DNA from: Phoronis australis
Taxonomy: Eukaryota; Animalia; Phoronida
Assembly: GCA_002633005.1 (NCBI GenBank)
Contig: NMRA01000519.1
Location: 212,646-276,645, forward strand
DNA length: 64,000 nucleotides
Reading direction: 5' to 3'
Under the pieces are notes generated by a model, which did no database searches, had not been told where the DNA came from, and saw nothing but the letters and a program-made list of their open reading frames with translations. Shown here piece by piece: positions 41,901 to 53,900 of this stretch. Both the position numbers and the translations under genes were made by a program. Each line of letters opens with the position of its first letter. The stretch's first letter is position 1.

Positions 41901-44900
41901 TGATGTAAAAAATAATGTTTTTTAATTCCCAACTCTTTGTGTATTATTTTGTTTTTGCTTGGTAGGATTATTAGCGACATTTATTAAAGCTATTGGTTGT
42001 CTCGTCATGTTTTAGGGTATGGAAATGTTGTTAAAGCCGTTGACTTCTGTAATTTGACACAATCATTTTTATACATCAAAAACAAGCCCCTCCCCCTAAA
42101 GCATATGATTCGTTTGCTCTTGAAAATGACGATAACTGTGAATGGTCCCCAACTCAAGTAATGTCATGTTGCTGTAATAGAACAATCTAATGTAAGTTAT
42201 TAATGTGAACAAATTTGACAAATGTGTGCAATAAAGTCTGGTTGTTTACCTTGAAACCACTCTTCATCACATGACTATTTGGGTTGGCAAGGGTCCTCAC
42301 TATAGGTGATAGGCTGAAGAACCTCTTTCCATCTACCAACCTGAGTGAGCTGACATGACCTTCAGTAAGAGTATGAAAACATGAGTCATGACTTGTGCAT
42401 ATTTTGACTTTTCCAACATAAACAACTTGTGCAACACATTGCGCAAATGTCAACTGCAACACCCACAGCCTACATTGTCTAATAAATAAATGGGTAAAGT
42501 AATAATAAAACAGAATTATTTGTCCGTATCAATTGACTAGAGACAATATTTGTTGAATACACAACAACAATGTTCACGATAATTTTCAATCATGATATTT
42601 GCTCGAGCTCTCTGTATTTTTGACAGTCGTTCCCAATGCAACAAGAAAGCAGACGACCAAAAAGCGTCAGCTGTGCCTCGAGATTGTTCTTGCCTCATCC
42701 TCAGGCAAATGATGTTCTGCAAGTAACCATCAAATGTACAGCAAACTCAAAGGAATATCATTAAAATTATTAACCGTGAACATTGCTGTGTGTTCAGTTT
42801 TGTCATGCTTTCTAAGTTTAAGAAAAGTTTTAAAAGTTCAGTCCAATTTACAAGTCTTGCATGTATATTTTTGCTGAAGACATTGGCTGGCAATAGTGGA
42901 AATCAGTATTTCAATGCAAGTCAAAATCTGGAGCAATGCAAGCCGCAAGCTTCTAGTACAGTACTATAGCTGGGGCAATGGGTGGGGTTTGCACTCCTTT
43001 TGGAAGGGTCAAGTACTAAGTAATTACCATGTGCCTCAACTCCAGGAATGTGATAGATGAAGTTGTCAGGGTCCTCTTCCCGGCTCAGTTTGTGCAGAAC
43101 TTCACTCGTAATTCGTTCGTTGCTCTCGCTAAACAAATCCATTCTGAAACAGCAAACATGTCACTAGACAGTCAATAACGTAGAAAATATATCGGAAACT
43201 AAATAAGGCGATCCAGATCCTCCCAAAGATACTATTGTTTCATGAAATGAAGAATATAAATCGGTAAATAAAACAACAAGAACGGATCAACTGAAATTTG
43301 AAATTTTCGGATGTAATAACTTCCTTTGTCTGTTTTTGTTGACAAAGGAAGTTATTACATCCAAAAATTTCAAATTTCAGTTGATCCGTTCCTGTTGTTT
43401 TATTTATCGATTTATACTAGACAGTCAAGTATGCATTATTGCCAATAAACAAAGAAAAAACAAAAAACATTCATGGTGCGTTCAGAGTGAGTGATGCTCA
43501 GAACATTTGTATGAATTAAAGTCATGTGTGTTACCATTCAAAAAAGGCTTTATGTGTAAGATCCATGGTTTAATCTCCAAACTCAGACTTGACTCAGAAT
43601 CAGACTCGGAACCAATCATGCTGAATAATTCAAGTACAAATCGGTACTTAGTTAACTAGACGTCTGCCACGCAATTGGTCAACTTTTGAGTTGAGTTCTG
43701 AATACAGATATTAGAAGTGGGCGTGGAATTTAAACATACCATAGATCTGACAGCAAAATAATACCAAGAGCAAGGACTGGTTAAGAATTACTCACCTTCT
43801 TCTGAACTGTTTTATGGCAGACACAATGTCATTATCTAATTCACTTTTTTGACAATGTCAATGTCAATGTCAGTAAACAGGTCAGTGAAGGATCAGGACT
43901 GTGCAGTGTGCAGTATTCCATTGTGCGAACGAAAAGCACTCAAAAAACACACAGCACCCAAATAAAAGTGATAATTATATTTTATTCACCAATTCTCAAA
44001 TTAGAATTATGGGTGACTCTAAGGACAAAGGACAAGTCCAGTGTGGATGTCAACTTCAATTGTCATGTTTAGCTCTCGTAAAGAGATGGCAATGTTGACC
44101 CACTAAATACATACTTAACAGCAGATTGTCTGAGGACGCTGACGAGAGTTGAATGTGGATTGGGTGGAAGGACAGCACCAGTGATTAGTTCAAACAGGAA
44201 GGTAGACCACACTTCATCTAGATGACTGTCCAGGATATACTGAAGACAAAGAATAACTTAGGGTTTTAGTCTTATCTAGAGACTTGAATGCCAATAATGA
44301 ACAATGGTGCCTTACAATTATTGATGAGAAAAGTGCCATTAGAACTACAATATAGTTACAAGTTAGACAAATCAATACCAGATAACACCGTAATAAGACC
44401 TATTTATGTAAATTTTTTGTGGAATCACATGAGCGGGCCATATGCTGTTGGATAGTGCCACTCGAAAAATACTCCACCTCTATCGTTTTTATAATTTCTA
44501 TTCTTGGCAAAGTGTAATAGTGAAAATCTACATCTGAGTGAACCCCAAATGGGCGGTTACCAGTAGGTTATGATGCAGCAACATTAAATAAATTGTAGTT
44601 AAGGTTATGCAGAAACTTGTTGACAAGTATGCACATTAAGCTAAATTTTTACAAAACCAAGATGATTTAAGATTTTATTCCTAAAAAATTCTGAAAATAC
44701 AAAAGCCGGCAAGATTTGATTTTTTACTTTACACCATTCTGCCACTAACAAGGCTACATGACCTTGTCGTTTTAGTAAAATTTAGCAAGAATTCGTTTCT
44801 TGTCTCATGCAGCCAATCTAAGAATTTCAGTCTTAATTTCATAGTCCCTCATGCAAAATATGAACATTTTAAAAACAATTATACTAAACAGCGTTTTAGA

Positions 44901-47900
44901 GAACAGTGGACAAAGCACTGTTAGTAGTTTCATGTCAACCCAATGAGCCATTTCTGAGACATGATGTTCCAAAGTTGGACATTTTTCTAGGGCCCTACAT
45001 ACTAACCTTAAAAGTAAGGAGTAACCAAAACTCACCTTCATTAAGACAGTTTCCGACGATAGTTCTGTTGGCTCTGCCTGCCTCTCTTTACACGTGTCAA
45101 CATCCAAAACTACAGGAAAACGACTTATAATAATTAGAAATTCTATGGCAGTACATGGAATCAATAAAATTTCATTCATTCTGCAATCTCCAAGTAGAAC
45201 AATATTTAGTCACATCTTGAATTGAACTCTCCTCTCTGGTCACATGATTTACCAAATTTTCAACAACGTTTAAGTTGCTAAAAGTTACCAAAGAATCTAA
45301 AACGAACAAATAAAGAAAGGTAGTGGTGCCCTACCCAGCTCGTCAACACTGAAAACTCACTGTGCAAAAGTCAAACTTGATTAGTATTAAAATAATTACG
45401 AACAAATTAACAACTTTGCAGCAATGTGGGTAGTGTGGCAAAATCATTGAGGGCGCTGCGATGTTTTGGAAAAACGATATTATTGTTCACTGATGACAGT
45501 CAAATAAATTATCAGGGAGAAAGTTTCACTAATTATACATTTTTTGACAATAAGAATATTTATTCGAACAAAAAAAGCAGTCAGAAAATTAATGTAGTCA
45601 ATCACTAACACTTTAGAATCTTTCAAAAGCTTTTTAGGAATAAGTTAAACCTATTCCATGACTGGTGGCCATGCATAGTTATTTCCTTCAAGTAACCCAT
45701 GTTATATGAACTACCAAGAGCTAAGCGTTATACCTATGATAATAATAACGCAAGTACCTGACTTGTCATGACGCCACAACTTCATGTTCTCATGGCCGAA
45801 TTTGTAATGTTCAACCTGTAAAGAAGAGCCACTTTATGGAAATTGTTATTAACTGCAACTATTGCTTTAAAGAGTTAAAGAGTTCCCACCATGCATTTCC
45901 TTAGTATCTGAGGTTTCAGTTAGCTAACATGAAATAAATATCATAAAATCTAACTAAATAAAAATAAGCACTTTTTATGCCAAATATTCGCAATTTTTTA
46001 ATTTTGAAAAAATTATTATTTCCAAGTTTCCTGCCAAATGATGTCATAGGTGGAAGACGTTTGGTCACTTGACAATCAATTGCAATCATGCAGAACACAG
46101 CAGAGCAGAAAACGAGGACGATTTTGAGCGAGAACTGGACAATTATTATGCAGACAGAGAGGAGAGTGGATACAGGCATCACACTCGAGTACTAGATGAA
46201 TAAGACAACGGATTTGATTTCCCACTTGGTGAACATTCATCGACTTTGAGACCGTATGAATTTGACTCATTTGCGCGAGAAATGTCACAGACATATGTGA
46301 GCTACAACCAACTGAACCAAGGGTAATCAATATTCACAAAATAGACACTTAATAACCACTGACAAAGGCCACATTAAACCTGGGTCACTCGTATTCACTG
46401 TTGCCATGATGGCACGGTCTAAACACATTGCATAAGCCTAAGTGACGTTGCACTCGAATGTGGGCCAGGGTCGAGGGCCTGGCATCACTCGCCCTAGAAT
46501 GGAAGCAGTTTGTTCGTTATTTATGAAAGCACATTTTACAATGTGGCGAGTCTTTCATCATAACGCCTCTTTTTGTGTTTGGTGAAAACACGTTTCCTTG
46601 ACTGAAATATGCCAATGAAACAAAGTGTGGCTCCCGACCGAATCGTATGTTCCCCATTGTCATTCCACACTCTCGTACGGCGCACTAACCCATACCATTT
46701 CTGTGGAACTTTTGCGTCTTTAGCAAATTCGAACACAGAGACGTTCTCAGTGAAGATGCAGCCTCCACAAACACATCTTTTGATGTCTGAAAAAGGCGGC
46801 TCTCCGCGGACTTTCCTCACAACTTATCACTATCGCACTGGTAAAATCAAGAACGGGGAAGATGGTCTTCCACCTGTTACGCACAACCCCGATAACAGAA
46901 AAATGATTCTTATAAAATGTTTGGAATGTTTCTTAGCAATGTTTATTTAATAAAATCCTTTTTGAGACACAGGGTCATGGTGGGAACTCTTTAAAGCAAA
47001 CAACAGAACAGTTAGCATGAGTTATAGGTCTAGAGCAAAAACATAATGGAGTTCCTTTTAAAGTGATTCAATTTATTTAGCACATTGGAAAATCACTTTT
47101 CAAATCATAGTGAACATAAATGATGTACTTACATTTAATTTATGAGACATTACTTCTGATGATGGCCCTGGCGCCTTTTCAGAAAATGCTCTTTTGAGAG
47201 ACACGATCATGTCCTGCAATCAAGACAGTTTTGTATTAAAGTTATTAAAAGTTGCAACCATCAAGTAATTAGTCATCAATGAAAACTAAAGCAGCCAAAG
47301 AATCACAGAATATCATTTCTGTGAAGCATTGGAAAAATGGACAAAAAGCAGAATGGAAACCAGATATGAGAGAAAATTTGTTTTATAATCAGTAAAATCC
47401 ACAAGATTCAATAGTGAAGCACATAATGGCATGGTGCATACTTCACCATTTGAGCATTTAGTCACTTACAATTGACATGTGATCTAAATCAGAGCCCAGA
47501 GTTAAACATTAGTGTTACCACAAAAGGACATTTTTACAGAAAAAAGACCCAGCCAACGAATTGACAGAAATAGGTCAGTTACTTTGTGCTGGTCAACAGC
47601 ATAGCTTCATCTAATCCATGAAGCAATTAATATTGTCGAAACGAAGCAATTAATATTGTCGAAATGAAGCAATTAATATCATAGGAATGAAAATTAATAT
47701 TGTCAAAATGAAGCAATTAATACTGTCAAAATGAAGCAATTAATACTGTCAAAATGAAGCAATTAATATCATCAGAATGAAAAATTAATATTGTCAAAAT
47801 GAAGCAATTAATATCATCAGAATGAAAAATTAATATTGTCAAAATGAAGCAATTAATACTGTCAAAACAAAGCAATTATAATACCATCGGAATGAACAAT

Positions 47901-50900
47901 TAATATTGTCAAAATGAAGCTATAAATAAATATTGTTGAAGTGAAGCAATTAATATTGTCAAATTGAAGCATTTCATTGATACAGTATATCATCAACTGT
48001 CACCATTTTCCAGGTGCTGAATCGTTCCACAAATAGGTTGACTTTGTGTGTTTTTGGTGTTGTAAAATTTAACTGCAAAGAACGGTTCTTGCATGAATAA
48101 AGTCAAATAATGATTAAAAAGACAATGAAGAAAGAGGAAAAAAACTGGAAATCAAATAACAGGAAATCAAAACCAAAAAAGAGGAAATCAAAACCAAAAA
48201 AAGAGGAAATCTCCTTAAAAGAGGAAAATTACAAGCTCAGATAACACAGGTCTTGTCAGGTTATGACATTTGGACAATGGAAAAAAACAAACAATTACAA
48301 ATTAAAGTCCACGAAAATGCAACAGATTCCTGTTTTTGCAACTTTCTCAAGAGACAAATGTACAGAATACACCAAAACCAAAACCAAAATATCAATCCTC
48401 ATCATGACAGGTGACGACAGGTAATGACAGTCATTCTACTTACTATGACGACGAAATCCACAAATTATACTCAGCCGTCATGATGAGGAAATTGTGGGTC
48501 ATTTTGGCAAAGTGATGACATTTCATAATTATTTTGGCAAAGTGATGACATTTCATAATTATTTTGGCAAAGTGATGACATTTCATAATTATTTTGGCAA
48601 AGTGATGACATTTCATAATTATTTTGGCAAAGTGATGACATTTCATAATTATTTTGGCAAAGTGATGACATTTCATAATTATTTTGGCAAAGTGATGACA
48701 TTTCATAATTATTTTGGCAAAGTGATGACATTTCATAATTATTTTGGCAAAGTGATGACATTTCATAATTATTTTGGCAAAGTGATGACATTTCATAATT
48801 ATTTTGGCAAAGTGATGACATTTCATGATTATTTTGGCAAAGTGATGACATTTCATGATTATTTTGGCAAAGTGATGACATTTCATGATTATTTTGGCAA
48901 AGTGATGACATTTCATAATTATTTTGGCAAAGTGATGACATTTCATAATTATTTTGGCAAAGTGATGACATGTCATAATTATTTTGGCAAAGTGACGACA
49001 TTTCATAATTATTTTGGCAAAGTGATGACATTTTTGGTATGATCTCACCTGAAATGAGGGACAGTTTGGTAAAGAGTCTTCATACAGCTGTATCAACACC
49101 GTCATGCTGAAGTGATTAGCTGTCCGCAGAGATTCAACTGTCTAAAGAAACACAGAGATCACAAGTACAGACAAGTTCTCCTAATACGCATACATTAGCA
49201 AAACTTTAATGCAAAACCAAGCATTGAGGAAATTTATAACAACAATACGTGATTGCGTTAATATTTTAATTTGTACCTTCAACTGGAAAGATTCATTTTT
49301 CATTTTAGTTAAGACCTTTATAAAACAGATTTTAAAACACCACAAGAGGTTTTATTTTCTCACATGAACTAGAAAAAATTTCAACCACATGATGCAACTA
49401 ACAGTAAAAATTTCAACCACAGTAAAAATACGCTCATGCAATATAGAGTAAACTCAGTTACTTTCTGCTTACAAGTCTTATACTTTTAAAGTTAAAAATT
49501 TTATTCTAAATTGCATTCAGCTTTCATTCAGTTCAAGTTAGAATCTGATGAATAGTTTTTGAAATTGTAATAAACTTCCCCGCGTGTGAGGACTGAATTG
49601 ACATTGAAACAGCACAGCCATACAGTCGCACCACGTTTCTTGAGTTGGGTTACGTCTCTATTTGAATAAACGTGGATATGGAATTCGCCACCAAAGATGG
49701 GTCCATTTAAGAAGTTGTTTGCATGCCCTTCCGACAGGGAGAACATACAGTTGCATCACCCGATTTGTCATCTTCACGGAATTCCGTCATTTATGGTTGG
49801 CCCGCGTTTGGTTGTTGGCATTAGTGCTTTGGAGATGATAGAATATAACAAGGCAGATGGATTTCTAATTTGCACTACTTTGTGATTCGCCAGCGTAATA
49901 TCAAAAAATTACGTACTCGGTGTCACTAATCAGTCGTGTCGTAACACGTTCCAGGTGATGTGAGTACCTTAAAATAAAGGTTCCCTACCTTTACCATTAC
50001 TACTTTTACTAGATATCAGATGAGCAAGCATTCTTTAATTAAACAGTAATAGCAAGCATTCTTTAATTAAACACTCAGTAATACGAGTTAGAAATATTAT
50101 AGCACTTTCAGGTACTAAGCATTTGCTAAAATTGTACTTAAAAGCAGCCTACGGTACATTCATTTTATTACAATTTTATAACATACAAAGACATGGTGTT
50201 AAATACAATGTGCATTAAATGCAAGGTGTATATTTTACGCAAGCAGTAACAGAACATTCACACTCTTTTTACACTGGAATCATACATACTAGTCAATTAA
50301 TTATGATAATCATAATTTATTAATAAAAAAGAAAACTCACTATTCTGGAAACAGGGACTGACTGTTGATCTATCCCATTCAACAAGTGGATCAGTTTAAT
50401 GCCAGCAGATTGAAGGTCAGAACTCCTCTCAACACTTGAACAAATGAAATAAAGAACTTAATATTTATTAATAAGAATTATTTCTTAATGTTATGTAGGA
50501 CTTTATCTGTGTAAATAACTCAGTTGAAATATACACTTAAAGAAAGTAGAATGCCCGTATACCGTTCTGAAGTCAGCAAAATTTGAATATTTTTCTACAA
50601 TCCTACATAACATTTAACATTTCGCCACAAGAGTGACACAAATGGATTTATTTGAGAATAATGCTTTAAAACCTTTATGCTTTGCACGTTATCACTATTT
50701 TCAACCTCGTGATATCTTGGCTGCAAACCAAATGGGAATTAGTAAAAATTAATCAAGACATTAAACTTCGAATTGGTTGTTTACTTCCCGTTATTGATGG
50801 AAGAAAACCAAACCAAATCTCATTCTTAATGCTAAATCAAGTCTGGTACAGACAGCAGGGTAGACAACTGTTGCTAACCAGAAGACTGAGTGACAACAAA

Positions 50901-53900
50901 ACAAACTACAGTGTTCAACTCACAGCTTAGAAGAAAACAGATCTCTAACCATCTCGTAGTATTGTTCAAACATCTTGTTAACCGCTCCTTGAAGTTCTGG
51001 AGACTCCTGAAAAGTTAACAGAATGACACACGAGCAACCAAGACTGCCGTCTTATCTGTGCGTTATAGAAAAGAATTACAATAATTTCATTGGTCACAGA
51101 GAAATGATTTGAAGTCCCCTGTCAGCATGGTTCATTTGTCCCTTAACTCATACATGAAAAAGCAAACCACGTGGACAGATGGTACAGCTCCGTTTTTCAG
51201 CATCAGAAAGTTATATGTCTTTAGAGATATTGGAAACACTGGATTTTCTTACTCATGCATGCACAAAAAATAACAGCACTCACCCAAAATAATGTAAATC
51301 CCATACAAAATCTCTAGTCTCGTGTGACCCACTATTCCAGCTACTTTGTAATGAGAATTCTGCACTCAGCTGTCATGGGGATAATTCTGCCAGGGCTCAG
51401 GTGGGATGGGGAGGGGCACTGCAGCCCTGACCCGAGGCCCCCAATCTATACAATATCCTACCTTGGTATCGGGATGTTTCACCAGCTCTTCCACCCACTT
51501 GTTGTGTTGCAAAATAACAAACAGCTGACTTGCATTGCCCTGTAATAGCCTATACACCTCCACTAAGGGTTCCAGGCCAGACTCAGCTCTACAGTAAAAC
51601 ATATACAATACAAAAATTGAAAAGTAAATTACTGTAACAATGAACTTGTTTTGTTTCAACAAAATATCACAAGTTGAGGTATTCAACAAAAAGTTAAATG
51701 AATGAATTTGAGCTACATATTAATGGAGTGAAACGCTTCTAATGCAGTCATCGGTTACAGCGCTACGCCCAGAACCTGTCCATGAGAGACAACAGCCTAG
51801 TCTATAGTTATCAGTGGGTATAATGAATTAACAACAGCTACATCCAATACTGAACCTGTCCATGAGAGACAGCAACAAACAGTAGTACACAAGCTCCATA
51901 AGACGTGTCTTCTCATTCAGACTGGCGATCTTCTTCTGCCAAACAGATCTACAAGATGAGGTATGAGAAATCTGACGTTACAACTTCTAACTATGGACGA
52001 AATGATCTACCTGTTTTCACAAAACTTTGGTAATAAAATGAACTTATTAAAACAAAAAATGAGACATTTGTCCTTACATTGAATGTGCTAATACAATTGT
52101 ATGAACTGTAGTACCAAAACAATGTAAAAGTTTCAGTTTAGGCAACAGACATGCATCGACATGAGATGACTACATTAATCGGTATTAGTATACAGTAATT
52201 TTCTCTGCATAATGACATTTTGTTTCTGGTGAAAAAATTGTAATAATTTGAAAAGTCGGCAATTAATACATTTAATGCATCATGATATTTTTAGCTCCAA
52301 AGTTGTTAAATAACATTTCATGGAATAGAGCAGTTGAAACCAGTCAGACGTACTTGATCGGGACTGTAATTTGCCATGAGTCAACAGAGTAATTGTTTAT
52401 ACTGGACTCTTTAAATCCTCCAATTTTTACAGGTCGTTTGGTGGCAGGAACCATTCGAATGTTCAGTGATTCATTGTAAGGCCTTCGGTGATCCATGGAC
52501 GATGAGGGGTTTTGTGCCAGCTGAGTCATTGCGGTATTTGGTGGTACTGGAACAAGACAACACGTACATAAGTACTGAATGAATATTTATGTGCTCTCCA
52601 GGGCATATGACTTGTATGCAAATTACAATGAATGCAACAAATCACATACATATTAAGTACTGAATATTTATGTGCCCTCCAGGGCATATGACCTGTATGC
52701 AAATTACAATGAATGCAACAAATCACATACATATTAAGTACTGAATATTTATGTGCCCTCCAGGGCATATGACCTGTATGCAAATTACAATGAACGCAAC
52801 AAATCACATACATATTAAGTACTGAATATTTATGTGCCCTCCAGGGCATATGACCTGTATGCAAATTACAATGAACGCAACAAATCACATACATATTAAG
52901 TACTGAATATTTATGTGCCCTCCAGGGCATATGACCTGTATGCAAATTACAATGAACGCAACAAATCACATACATATTAAGTACTGAATATTTATGTGCC
53001 CTCCAGGGCATATGACCNGGATGAGGGGTTTTGTGCCAGCTGAGTCATTGCGGTATTTGGTGGTACTGGAAGAAGACAACACGTACATATTAAGTACTGA
53101 ATGATTATGTGCTCTCCAGGGCATATGACCTGTATGCAAATTACAATGAACGCAACAAATGTCTGGTAGATCAGGGGTCTACTTCATGAAAAATGAATTA
53201 AGACTCAAGTCAGAGATTTCATCTAAATGTGTTCCACATCACTATTTCTTAAAAATATTAAAATCTCACATGAGCAAAAACGCAGTCTCTGAGAATATAA
53301 GTCACATAACTCCTAGTGACTCGGAGATAATTTCTGCAAATAATTTACAGACTGTTTTCCGTTGATATTTAATAGGCTGAACTTTCTTGCCAGCAATTGA
53401 GAAGTGGAAGCATAACTGAGGCGAAATTTCTATGTTGGGTCTCAAGTCACTTTGATTCATGAAACAGAACCCTGAGATTCCCTAGCTAGATATTTACGTT
53501 ACTTCAAAGTGAAAGTCAAGTTGGTTGTAAACAAAATGTAAGAATAAAGAGAAAGATAGTGAAACCTATTCTGTACAACAATCTATCTTCAACAAACATA
53601 GTTTGGCATAAAAATCTGACACAACACAGGCACCGACGATTTTGCAAATTTTTGAAATACACCTCGACGCTAGATGGTGATTGGGCAGTTAGAGGACAGC
53701 GTTCTGGATTCTCTATGGAATGCAGTGAGATATTTACTAGTATTTTTATAAATTCTTTGTGACCATCAAGTCGTCAATTGTGTTGCTTGGAACGATATTC
53801 TAATGATTCAATAATTCACAAAGAAATGTTCAACGACTCAAATATCAACTCCAACATTCTTGCTCACGAGAATTTGGAATCGAGTAAAGCCAAAGACAAC

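Noticed and set aside
43796-43898. Segment with a strong minus-strand donor (AAG|GTGAGT) and a plausible acceptor
   Set aside because: 103 nt with stops in all frames, and the flanking exons already join in phase.
48443-49105. Three long overlapping repetitive ORFs; superficially CRISPR-like periodicity
   Set aside because: Products of a 30-bp minisatellite with no unique spacers and no cas genes. Only 49049-49141 is exon.
49528-49885. Weak Cys/His zinc-finger-like text (RWVHLRSC...YSC)
   Set aside because: Too short and degenerate to assign. Possibly a retroelement relic.
52526-53011. 161-aa Cys/His-rich repeat ORF
   Set aside because: Translation of an 81-bp intronic minisatellite.
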